Notes under the pieces: model-generated
Told to the model about the DNA's origin: nothing
The model's database searches: none
What the model saw: only the letters and a program-made list of their open reading frames with translations
DNA from: Acidobacteriota bacterium
Lineage (GTDB): Bacteria; Acidobacteriota; Blastocatellia; Pyrinomonadales; Pyrinomonadaceae
DNA length: 38,762 nt
Assembly (NCBI GenBank): GCA_031362765.1
Contig: JANLTD010000877.1
Span: 1 to 38,762, forward strand
Direction of reading: 5' to 3'
Position numbers and translations under genes: made by a program
In this document: in pieces, positions 10,196 to 18,867 of the stretch
How the letters are laid out: each line of letters opens with the position of its first letter
How positions within the stretch are numbered: position 1 is the stretch's first letter

Positions 10196-10803
10196 GCGAT
10201 TTGAATTTAGAAGAAGTTTTGGAAGAATACGGAGCGGCGACTCCGTCAGGCAACGATTTGAAAATACTACGGTCTTTCACTGACAGTTATCCGCAATTCG
10301 CGAATGATCTTTCGGATTTTGCCGCCGGCCGCGCCGTTATTCGCCACGCGCCCGAAGAAGAGCTGTCGGATGAAGAAGAGCGGCGGTTTCAGGAATCAGG
10401 TTTGAAAAGCCTGCGGATGGTTTTAAGTTCTCTTAATGCGACGAGTGCCGCTCAAAATGCTCTGTCGAGTCTGGTTGAAACGGCAAAGGCAAAAGGCTTG
10501 AATCGATCGAAATTTGCAGCGGCAATTGGACTGAGTACCTCGCTGGTCATGTATCTTGAAAAACGCCGGCTCGTTTTTGCTTCAATTCCGCAAAAAATAG
10601 TCGCAAAAATCTCGGAGGTATTGGGAACCGGTGAGGAATTGATCTCCGCCTATCTCGATCAGCCGCCGGAGTTTGCATCAAATACCAGTTTCAAAACGGA
10701 AACACGCGCTGAGAATTTGGCACCGAAGAGTTTCGCCGAAGCGGTCCGCGACGACCAGATGCTGACTCCCGAAGAAAAAAGAAAATTACTCGATATCACT
10801 TGA
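10192..10803 (+). CDS. XRE-family HTH protein
   Basis: ATG at 10192 overlaps the upstream stop (ATGA, 10192-10195) and follows SD gagg. The HTH is GLNRSKFAAAIGLSTSLVMYLEKRR. The track's start at 10138 is probably too early. Confidence 0.65.
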   Translation: MSDLNLEEVLEEYGAATPSGNDLKILRSFTDSYPQFANDLSDFAAGRAVIRHAPEEELSDEEERRFQESGLKSLRMVLSSLNATSAAQNALSSLVETAKAKGLNRSKFAAAIGLSTSLVMYLEKRRLVFASIPQKIVAKISEVLGTGEELISAYLDQPPEFASNTSFKTETRAENLAPKSFAEAVRDDQMLTPEEKRKLLDIT

Positions 10804-13800
10804 TAAAAAGTGCCAATGGTCACTTTCAAAGATCCATCTTCCGAAAAAATTTATTCGGACAGGATCATCCATCCAAAATCCTTATGAGTCACTGGCAAAA
10901 AATCCGCGATGCGGCAGGCGCTCTGAGAAGCGAAATCTGCCGGGCATCAAACCTCAACGAAAATGAACTGCTTCCGGCTCACGAGTTACTGGCATTCGCC
11001 TCCGAATACCTTGAACTCGATCTGATTCCCGAACATCCCGATTCCGGGAATTTATCGGGCGCGCTTGCCGTTCTCGAAGACGACTGCATCTATTTCAACA
11101 ATCACTTGAAGAAGTGGTATAAGGCGTTTTGCATCACGCATGAGATCGGTCATCACCGCCTGCACCACACGAGCCTCCACTGCACGCAGGATGAAATTCA
11201 GGAGTTTGCAGGGGACGGGGAAGCCGGCTCCGGAGTCGAAAAAATACTCGGTTACGGCGCCGGTGACAGACGGGAACGTGAAGCGAACCTGTTTGCCCTT
11301 GAACTGCTGCTCCCGTGCGGCGTTTTGCGCCGCCTCTATCTTGATAATAATTTGACCGCGAAACAAATTGCCGGAATTGTTGAAATGCCGGCGGAGACGG
11401 TCGCCGGGCAACTCGCCCGGGCTCTTCTCGTCCCCGTTTCTGAAGTTAGAACGGAAGTAAATAATAATAAAGAAAAAACTGAATTAAATGAGAGTCAAAA
11501 ACGTGCCGCCAAAACCGAGAAATGTCCGACCCTCGTTTACGCCGGGCCGGGAACCGGCAAAACCCAGACATTGACCGAGAGGATCGCACATTTGATCAAA
11601 CAGGGAATCGAGCCGAAACGGATTCTGGCGCTGACCTTCAGCAATAAAGCAGCGGAAGAGATGCGCGAGCGGATCGGAAAGATCAGCCCTGAAGCCGCCT
11701 CGCAAATGCAGGTGATGACCTTTCACGCTTACGGTCTCGATATTTTGCGGACCTACTGGGTTGAAGCGGAACTGGATCCGCGCTCCAAATTGCTTGATAA
11801 AATCGACGCGCTTCTTTACCTCGAAAAAAATCTGAAATTCCTGCGGCTTGAACATTACCAAAATCTGTATGAACCGACCCAAAATCTCTCAGCAATTTTA
11901 GGAGCGATTTCGCGGGCGAAAGATGAACTTTGTTCGCCTGAAGAATACCGTAGTTTAGGGGAAAAAATGCTGGCGGAAGCGCAAAATACCCCGGACAATG
12001 AAGATTTGATTCTAAGGGCGGAAAAAGTGCTTGAAACGGCTCACGCCTACGAGTTTTATCAAAAATATCTGATGCGGGAAAAACTGCTTGATTTCGGCGA
12101 TCTGGTTTATCGCGCAGTGCGGCTTTTGCAGGAAAATGAAGCGGTCAAAGCGGAAGTCCGCGCCAAATACGACGCGATCCTCGTCGATGAATTTCAGGAC
12201 GTCAATCGCGCCTGCGGCGTTCTTCTCAAAGAAATTGCCGGTGCCGGACGCAGTCTCTGGACGGTCGGCGATCTACGGCAGTCGATCTACCGCTGGCGCG
12301 GCGCGTCCCCTGCCAATATCGAGCTTTTCGGAGTTGATTTTCCCGATGCGGAAACAATTTCGCTGGAAGCCAATTACCGTTCGCGGACGGGCATTGTTTC
12401 GCTTTTCTCGGAGTTTGCCCGGATTATGAAAACATCCAGAGAAGAAGTTTTCAATTCGTGGGAAGCAATTCGCGGGGCGGGAACTGACGGCTCGGCTGCC
12501 GTCAGGTTTGAAATTTCCGATTCACTGAAGAGAGAAGCCGCGAATATTGCCGGTCATATCGCCAACTATCATGAACTTGGCTTGAATTATAAAGACTGCG
12601 CCGTTATCTGCCGGACACACGCGCAGCTTAATAAATTCGCTAAAATACTGAGCGAAAAGGCAATCCCGATCTTTTATCTCGGCGAACTTTTTGAACGCGA
12701 TGAAGTTCGCGATATACTCTCATTACTTGATTTGAAAATAACACCCGGCGGACATTCCTTAATTCGCGTGGCATTGTTTCCCGAATACCGTATCCCGCTT
12801 GTCGATGCCCGTAAGATCATTGCCGCGCAAAAGGAAAACGGGCAAACTTACGCGGAAGTTTTGAGCAATTCAGAATTTTTTGATCAATTGTCGGACGAAG
12901 GAAAGCCGGGTGCCGGGAAACTTTTAAATCAATTAACTTCGACTGTCGCTGAAATCTCAGCCTGGGGTTTTCTGGTAAATTATGTATTTACCGAAAGCTC
13001 ATTTCTGAAAACATTTTTCGCTACCGATGATGTCAACAATCAATCGAAACGATTGGCGATCTATCAATTTTTGCGGCTGACCCAAACAACCGAAGAACGC
13101 TTTGCCGGCAGAGAAAACGCGCCAATTTCGGAACTGCTCGAATATGTTAAAAAACTCGCCCATTTTAACGAAGATAAAAACTATGCCCAGATCCCGGTGG
13201 AAGCCGAGAACCTCGATGCCGTCAGGCTTTTAACCGTTCATTCGGCAAAAGGATTGGAATTTCCGGTTGTTTTTACGCCCTACCTCGGAGCCGGAAAGAT
13301 CCCCTCAAAGGCGCAGCCTCAAACATGCCCGAATCCGGACGGAATGATCACGGGAGAAATTGATTTTCACGAGTCGGAAGAAGAATGTTTGTTTTTCGTA
13401 GCAATGTCGCGGACGCGTGATCACCTGCATTTGTCACGCGCTTCCAAATACGGGAAATCAAACAGCGGGGAATCGAAATTTTTGAAGGTTTTAACTGAAT
13501 TTCTCCCGCTTGCCGAACAAATCGATTCGATAGAAACAGAAGCTGCGGAATCGTCTGCACATGAAGTTTTTCTGCCGCAGATATTTTATTCGGCGGATCT
13601 CGACCGCTACATCCGCTGCGAGCGCGATTATTTTTATACGAAGGTTTTAGGATTAAAATCCGCCGGGGATAAATCGATCTATCTAAAATTCCACGGCTGC
13701 GTTTATGATACGATTCGTTCGATGCAGTCAATTAAACAATTGGATACCATCGAATTGACAGAAGTGACCGCTCTTGCCCGGCTTGATGAATTCTGGCTGG

Positions 13801-14306
13801 CAGCTGAAGTTGACTTACACCCATATGCGCCGATCTATAAAACACGCGCCGAAGAAATTATTCGCCGGATGTGCCGGAAAATGGAAAATTCAATTTCACC
13901 GAACGAAATCACGCGCCCGACTTACGAATTAACCCTTTCAAACGGCACCGTGAAAGTTAATCCTGATGCGGTTGAGATCATTGAAACGGGAACTAAAATA
14001 ACCGCGGTTATACGGCAGTATAAAACCGGGAAATCACCGAAAAAGATCGATCTTGACGATAAAGACGTGCTGATGACGGCAGCAGTTCAAAATAACTTTC
14101 CGAAAGCCACACCGTTGCTGCAAAAAATTTATTTGAGCGACGATAACGTGAACGAAGTTCCGGTCACTGCCAAAGTCATAAAATTGCGTTTGGAGAAATA
14201 CGAAAAAGCGATAGACGGTATCAACAATAGAATATTTGAACCAGCGCCGAGCGAAAATAACTGCCCATACTGCCCGCACTTTTTTATTTGTCCGAGTGGC
14301 GAGTAA
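10800..14306 (+). CDS. Fusion protein: ImmA/IrrE (M78) metallopeptidase + UvrD/Rep superfamily-1 helicase + Cas4/AddB-like PD-(D/E)xK nuclease with Fe-S cysteines
   Basis: HEIGH zinc motif at nt 11139-11153 (ITHEIGHHRLHH). Walker A LVYAGPGTGKTQTL; UvrD motifs ALTFSNKAAEEM, ILVDEFQDVN, ANYRS, LLTVHSAKGLEFPVVF. The C-terminus carries YIRCERDYFY and the C-x2-C-x5-C motif NCPYCPHFFICP. TTG at 10800 overlaps the upstream stop (TTGA); the next in-frame ATG is at 10884. Confidence 0.85.
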   Translation: MIKSANGHFQRSIFRKNLFGQDHPSKILMSHWQKIRDAAGALRSEICRASNLNENELLPAHELLAFASEYLELDLIPEHPDSGNLSGALAVLEDDCIYFNNHLKKWYKAFCITHEIGHHRLHHTSLHCTQDEIQEFAGDGEAGSGVEKILGYGAGDRREREANLFALELLLPCGVLRRLYLDNNLTAKQIAGIVEMPAETVAGQLARALLVPVSEVRTEVNNNKEKTELNESQKRAAKTEKCPTLVYAGPGTGKTQTLTERIAHLIKQGIEPKRILALTFSNKAAEEMRERIGKISPEAASQMQVMTFHAYGLDILRTYWVEAELDPRSKLLDKIDALLYLEKNLKFLRLEHYQNLYEPTQNLSAILGAISRAKDELCSPEEYRSLGEKMLAEAQNTPDNEDLILRAEKVLETAHAYEFYQKYLMREKLLDFGDLVYRAVRLLQENEAVKAEVRAKYDAILVDEFQDVNRACGVLLKEIAGAGRSLWTVGDLRQSIYRWRGASPANIELFGVDFPDAETISLEANYRSRTGIVSLFSEFARIMKTSREEVFNSWEAIRGAGTDGSAAVRFEISDSLKREAANIAGHIANYHELGLNYKDCAVICRTHAQLNKFAKILSEKAIPIFYLGELFERDEVRDILSLLDLKITPGGHSLIRVALFPEYRIPLVDARKIIAAQKENGQTYAEVLSNSEFFDQLSDEGKPGAGKLLNQLTSTVAEISAWGFLVNYVFTESSFLKTFFATDDVNNQSKRLAIYQFLRLTQTTEERFAGRENAPISELLEYVKKLAHFNEDKNYAQIPVEAENLDAVRLLTVHSAKGLEFPVVFTPYLGAGKIPSKAQPQTCPNPDGMITGEIDFHESEEECLFFVAMSRTRDHLHLSRASKYGKSNSGESKFLKVLTEFLPLAEQIDSIETEAAESSAHEVFLPQIFYSADLDRYIRCERDYFYTKVLGLKSAGDKSIYLKFHGCVYDTIRSMQSIKQLDTIELTEVTALARLDEFWLAAEVDLHPYAPIYKTRAEEIIRRMCRKMENSISPNEITRPTYELTLSNGTVKVNPDAVEIIETGTKITAVIRQYKTGKSPKKIDLDDKDVLMTAAVQNNFPKATPLLQKIYLSDDNVNEVPVTAKVIKLRLEKYEKAIDGINNRIFEPAPSENNCPYCPHFFICPSGE

Positions 14307-14364
14307 AGAGTGGATGATATTTAGTTGCCTCAATGCAGAAATGGGAGGCAATTATAAAAGGTCA

Positions 14365-14976
14365 TCAACGGGTTATTTTTGAAAGCAGCAAAGTTTTAAT
14401 TTCACGTACTAATTTACGCTTTCCTTTTTTGTCGAGTTCTGAGTTTTGAGATATGTGAAGTTCGATTGTATCGGCGATCGGATATCGTTCCCAAATATCA
14501 GGTTCGGATTCTCTATTTGTCCGTTGACCGATCCCTGATTCCAAAACCTCTTTTATCTCTTCACGGTCACTGATTACAACCACATCTTCCCCGCGCATTT
14601 CAGCGATCCTCGCATCATTTATATCGGTTGTAACAGTAACTTGTTCGCTCAGCAATTTTTCAAGCTCGGCGATATTTCGGTTTGCAATGATTCGTCGAAT
14701 TATTCGGATCGAAAGACCCTGTGACTGAAGATGCTTGATGACGATCAGTGCCAGCAAATGCCGGTAAGAGAAAACCGAAGCAGTCCCTTCTGTATAGTCG
14801 GCAGGAGGAATCAGACCTTCAGTCAGATAATAACGCACGGTACGATCATTCGGGAACGGAGCGACCGTCCCGCTGCCTTGATGAATTTCGGCAGATTCCA
14901 GAATATCTTTAGCCTGCTTTACCAATTCCGCAACACCGACAAATTCCGTTTCCCTGTAATTTTCCAATGATTTCAT
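14365..14976 (-). CDS. MerR-like HTH regulator with uncharacterised C-terminal domain
   Basis: FVGVAELVKQAKDIL...RTVRYYLTEGLIPP...FSYRHLLALIVIKHLQSQGLSIRIIRRII resembles the MerR HTH plus wing. Convergent with the helicase-nuclease gene and divergent from 15142. Confidence 0.5.
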   Translation of the reverse strand: MKSLENYRETEFVGVAELVKQAKDILESAEIHQGSGTVAPFPNDRTVRYYLTEGLIPPADYTEGTASVFSYRHLLALIVIKHLQSQGLSIRIIRRIIANRNIAELEKLLSEQVTVTTDINDARIAEMRGEDVVVISDREEIKEVLESGIGQRTNRESEPDIWERYPIADTIELHISQNSELDKKGKRKLVREIKTLLLSKITR

Positions 14977-15042
14977 AATTAACGCTTAAATTATTCCTTT
15001 GCATTAGTACTGTCAACTCAACTATAGACATTAACAGTTTTT

Positions 15043-15071
15043 ATTGACAAGATATTAAAAATAAACTATGT
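15043..15071 (+). promoter_or_regulatory. Possible sigma-70-type promoter (TTGACA-17-TATGTT)
   Basis: ttgaca at 15043-15048, a 17-nt spacer, and tatgtt at 15066-15071, in the AT-rich divergent intergenic region upstream of 15142. Confidence 0.35.
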
Positions 15072-15141
15072 TGTTAATTACCAGTATTAAGTTTACAATA
15101 ATAACTGTGAATAGCAATTTATAATAGCTGGTGGTTAAGAA

Positions 15142-15714
15142 ATGAAAAATTTAAAAACAATCGTAATTCATCCTTTCGATGAAACGACTCACTTTCTCCA
15201 GGAGATTTATAAGGATAAGGATTTCCACGTATTGAGTGGCCCCGATTTCCCAAAAGAATCGATAAATCCCTTGATGAAAAAATACGATCGGGTTCTGCTT
15301 CTCGGGCACGGTCTTTCCTACGGTCTTCTTAGTGGCTGCCGATTGTTTTTTGACAGGAAAAATGCCGCAGCATTGCAGGGAAAAGCGGTAATTGGAATTT
15401 GGTGTTATGCCAGACAGTTTATGTTCGATAACAAACTGGAAGCTTTCTCAACAAATATGTTCATCAGCGAGAAAATGGAAGCGAATACTTTTTCAATTGA
15501 TGCGACAAGCATTCAAATTGAGTATTCAAACCAGCTTTTTACCAGGGCAGTATCTGAAAATTTACATCTTCCACCCAACAGAATGCGAGACGAAGTTCTA
15601 AAAATTTACCGAAGCGACGACAATCCGGTCATCCAATTTAATTACCGCCAGATGCGGCAACCCCTTGAATTGTTAACCAAAGAGATGAATGAAACCGGAA
15701 TGGAAATGTTTTAA
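15142..15714 (+). CDS. Hypothetical protein (190 aa), no motif recognised
   Basis: Clean ORF with ATG start and protein-like composition. Nothing diagnostic was recognised. Confidence 0.6.
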   Translation: MKNLKTIVIHPFDETTHFLQEIYKDKDFHVLSGPDFPKESINPLMKKYDRVLLLGHGLSYGLLSGCRLFFDRKNAAALQGKAVIGIWCYARQFMFDNKLEAFSTNMFISEKMEANTFSIDATSIQIEYSNQLFTRAVSENLHLPPNRMRDEVLKIYRSDDNPVIQFNYRQMRQPLELLTKEMNETGMEMF

Positions 15715-15869
15715 ACAAGGCAAAGATTTTCAAATGAATGCATTAAGATTTTAGCTTCAACATAATCGAAGAATTTGGGGGTGCCGCAATTTTATTAAGA
15801 AATTTATTTCATCGGACCATTTTTGAAAAGGAGCACTGGTTAAATAAGCATAGGTAAAAAGGAAAAAAT

Positions 15870-16388
15870 ATGAAAAATTTGGATAAGATAATAACGACAA
15901 AATCCAGGGTATTAATACTCGGAACAATGCCGGGAAAAAAGTCTTTGGAATTAGATGAATATTATGCCAATCCCCGCAATCAATTCTGGGGAATAATGGA
16001 TTATCTGGTAGAAGGAATTTCAAACCTTGAGTATAAAAAGAAGATAAGTCTATTAAATGAAAAGGGAATTGCGCTTTGGGACGTTTTGCTCAGTTGCGAG
16101 CGGGAAGGGAGTCTGGATTCAAAAATCAAAAAAGGCACGGAAAAACCCAATGACTTTCAGGAATTTTTCGACCGAAATAAAAATCTTCGCACTGTTATCT
16201 TTAACGGGAAAAGCAAAAGGTCGGCTTACCGGCTGTTCAGGAAAATCGTATTGCCCACGCTTCGGACGGAAACAAAATCGTCTCTAATACTCATACCGCT
16301 TCCTTCAAGTTCTTCGGCGAATACTCATCAAACATTACAGGAAAAGGCAGAGGAGTGGATGAAAATTTCAGATTATTTAACAAAGTGA
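15870..16388 (+). CDS. DNA-deoxyinosine (hypoxanthine-DNA) glycosylase, UDG superfamily
   Basis: N-terminal LILGTMPGKKSLELDEYYANPRNQFWGIM and C-terminal LPSSSSAN match my memory of the UDG family-6 hypoxanthine-DNA glycosylase signature. Confidence 0.7.
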   Translation: MKNLDKIITTKSRVLILGTMPGKKSLELDEYYANPRNQFWGIMDYLVEGISNLEYKKKISLLNEKGIALWDVLLSCEREGSLDSKIKKGTEKPNDFQEFFDRNKNLRTVIFNGKSKRSAYRLFRKIVLPTLRTETKSSLILIPLPSSSSANTHQTLQEKAEEWMKISDYLTK

Positions 16389-16496
16389 AAAGCGGATTAA
16401 TTCCCTCAAAACCGTGGATAATATTATCAGCTAAGTCCAACCGAATTCTCTTGTTACAGAAAAAACAAAAACTCTAAAAATTAAAATTTGAAGAAC

Positions 16497-16532
16497 AGCC
16501 GCAAAGATTTTATAAACTTTTCGGCTTTTTTA
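16497..16532 (+). terminator. Probable intrinsic terminator after the glycosylase gene
   Basis: Stem agccgcaaag / cttttcggct (one internal mismatch) followed by a T6 run (16526-16531). It lies inside the long version of ORF 16488, which argues for the shorter start at 16602. Confidence 0.5.
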
Positions 16533-16601
16533 TTTCCGATTTATATCCGATCAGGTCATTTCTTATTTGTAGAGCGAAAACATTCGATCAGGAGAGAAAA
16601 A

Positions 16602-16886
16602 ATGCCGCAGAACAAATTAACTTTTAACCAGATCTTAGCCGGAGTTGAAAAGGACAATTCCGAACGATTAATGAAAAAAGCCCGCACCGCGAATAGTTTG
16701 GCGAAAAAAACGCGTGGCGCTCAGAGACAGACGGCTTACGCCGTGAAGACCGGGGCGCTCTGTTCACTCGTTAAAAAAATGCCTGCCCGAATCGACGTTC
16801 GCAAAGACATTATTCTGACCGATTTTGTCGTGATCGAACTCAAAAACACAAATGTCGGACTGCATTTTCCGATTATTAACCTTTAA
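16602..16886 (+). CDS. Small hypothetical protein (94 aa)
   Basis: ATG at 16602 preceded by SD ggagag (16591-16596). Basic N-terminal half. No motif recognised. Confidence 0.5.
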   Translation: MPQNKLTFNQILAGVEKDNSERLMKKARTANSLAKKTRGAQRQTAYAVKTGALCSLVKKMPARIDVRKDIILTDFVVIELKNTNVGLHFPIINL

Positions 16887-16924
16887 ACACATTTAGTTAC
16901 CGGGAGCCGAAGGAAAATCACCTT

Positions 16925-17590
16925 ATGCCGAAAAGAATCATCACCATCGATATCGAAACACTGCCGATTAGTGAGCCGTTTGAAAGTAAACTTTTCTGGG
17001 AAACCGAAGAAGAGTATCGCAAATCCGCCTGCGACGCCAATTTAGGCAGAATTCTCTGTATCGGTTATTCCGAGCAGAATGAATTCGGCGCAATTACCAA
17101 ACACGGCTGCTTTGGGTGGCGCGAGGAAACAGAGGATTTTGAATCAAATGAAAGTATAATCCTGGCTGAATTCTGGGATTTCTTACGCGGTTTCAACACT
17201 TCAAGCGACCTGATCATCGGTCACAACATAATGGATTTCGATCTGCCGTTTATCGTTCAGCGGTCGATCATCAATAGTGTTCGTCCGACCATTGATTTTT
17301 ATTTCGGCAAATACCGCATTCAGCCGATCTTCGACACGATGCGCGTCTGGGATTGCTGGAAGTGGGGCGGCTCGACTTCTCTAGCCAAGCTGGCGTATGC
17401 CCTTCATTTAGAAAATCCGAAAGCAGGCGGAATCGACGGCTCAAATCTTTACGAAGCTTTCACAGAAGGACGGTTCGAAGAGATCTACAAATACTGCATG
17501 CGCGACGTGAAGGTGACGCGCAACGCCTGGCGGAAAATGAATTTTACGTATCCATCGGAAAAGCAGAAAGAAATGGCGGTGGCTGTTTGA
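16925..17590 (+). CDS. RNase H-fold 3'-5' exonuclease related to the PolB exonuclease domain
   Basis: ExoI ITIDIETLP, ExoII LIIGHNIMDFDLPFI, ExoIII YKYCMRDV. Confidence 0.7.
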   Translation: MPKRIITIDIETLPISEPFESKLFWETEEEYRKSACDANLGRILCIGYSEQNEFGAITKHGCFGWREETEDFESNESIILAEFWDFLRGFNTSSDLIIGHNIMDFDLPFIVQRSIINSVRPTIDFYFGKYRIQPIFDTMRVWDCWKWGGSTSLAKLAYALHLENPKAGGIDGSNLYEAFTEGRFEEIYKYCMRDVKVTRNAWRKMNFTYPSEKQKEMAVAV

Positions 17591-17645
17591 ATTTTAAGTT
17601 TTCCGAATACCTCACTCCAACAGGGGTTTATCTCACCCTCGCGGG

Positions 17646-17690
17646 GACAGGGAAGACATCGATCGGTTTCTCTTCCCTGTCTTTAAAATA
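17646..17690 (+). terminator. Probable intrinsic terminator
   Basis: Perfect 11-bp stem gacagggaaga (17646-17656) / tcttccctgtc (17671-17681), followed by tttaaaataa. Confidence 0.5.
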
Positions 17691-17761
17691 ATCAAATTTT
17701 CCCGGTAAAGGAAAATTTTTGCGGCGTTCTTAACGCAAAACAGAAAAAGGAGACGAATAAT

Positions 17762-18676
17762 ATGAAAGTACTGAAGAGTTTTATTAACAGCCTGAAGATA
17801 GGCGACCCGCTTGCATTTAACCAACTTACTATTAAACCTATTTTTACCGGGACGGATTTCTCTCTGCCGCTGCTGACGCTTGAAGAGGCATTGGAGCAAA
17901 AGGCGCTGGAAATCACGGAAAAAAGCGAAGGCGGCAGCGTTCCCGAGCTTCTGGTCAAGAACCTGGGAAATATTGATGTGATTGTTCTTGAAGGCGAGGA
18001 ACTTCGCGGGGCAAAGCAGAACCGGATCGTGAACACGACCATCATAATCCCCGCCGGAGGCGAGATCATCCTGCCCGTTTCCTGCGTCGAACAGGGACGC
18101 TGGAGTTATGTCTCAAAGAGTTTTTCGTCGGGCGGAAATGTGCTTTATCCGAGCCTGAGAAAACTCAGCCACGATTCCGTGACAAAAAGCCTGCGCCGGG
18201 ACAGGAGTTATGAATCTGACCAAACAGGCATCTGGTCGGAACTGAAGCTCAAATCGGCGCGCATGTCGGTGAAGAGCGACACGGATGCCATGAGCGACAT
18301 TCTTGCGTGCCGCATTTCGCCCGAAGCAGAAACCGATCTGCTTGAAGAAATTCCGTATCAGGAAAAGCAAATCGGTTTTCTCGCCTTTATTAAAGGCAGA
18401 TTCGCCGGCGGCGATATTTTCGGGTCCGCCGATCTTTGCGAAAAACAAATGAGGAAACTGCTGCGCGGCTATTACCTGGACGCATTGGACAGCGACGTGA
18501 AATTTCCCGCGCTTGACGCGGCAGAAATTCTAAAGCAAATTCCGATCGCTCATCAGGAACAGTTTGCGGCAATCGGCAAAGGAACGGAAATGCGGTTTGA
18601 GGCAGATAAGATTCAGGGCGCCTGGAAAATGGTCGATGAAAACCTTTCGCACCTGACAGTGTTTCCAAAAGGCTAA
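17762..18676 (+). CDS. ARPP-1 / DUF6569-like protein
   Basis: SEGGSVPELLVKNLGNIDVIVLEGEELRGAKQNRIVNTTIIIPAGGEIILPVSCVEQGRWSY matches the conserved core I remember for DUF6569 (ARG- and rhodanese-phosphatase-associated protein 1). Confidence 0.6.
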   Translation: MKVLKSFINSLKIGDPLAFNQLTIKPIFTGTDFSLPLLTLEEALEQKALEITEKSEGGSVPELLVKNLGNIDVIVLEGEELRGAKQNRIVNTTIIIPAGGEIILPVSCVEQGRWSYVSKSFSSGGNVLYPSLRKLSHDSVTKSLRRDRSYESDQTGIWSELKLKSARMSVKSDTDAMSDILACRISPEAETDLLEEIPYQEKQIGFLAFIKGRFAGGDIFGSADLCEKQMRKLLRGYYLDALDSDVKFPALDAAEILKQIPIAHQEQFAAIGKGTEMRFEADKIQGAWKMVDENLSHLTVFPKG

Positions 18677-18867
18677 AAATCTCGACAAATATGAAAGTTG
18701 TGTACGGGCAACGGCTTGAAAACATGACTTGATTAGTGATGTTGGGGGTTCTCAAATCTCTAAATACTTTCCATTTCAATTAAGACGCATTGCCGGAATC
18801 AGTGCTTAAACTCTTTCGATTGAGTTGAATTGCAATCGTTGAAACTCAATCCTGAAAAATTAAAAAT

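Noticed and set aside
14325-14351. 7-bp stem (ttgcctc/gaggcaa) between the convergent helicase-nuclease and MerR-like genes, considered as a bidirectional terminator.
   Set aside because: The stem is short with a 13-nt loop and no flanking U-tracts on either strand. This is too weak to annotate.
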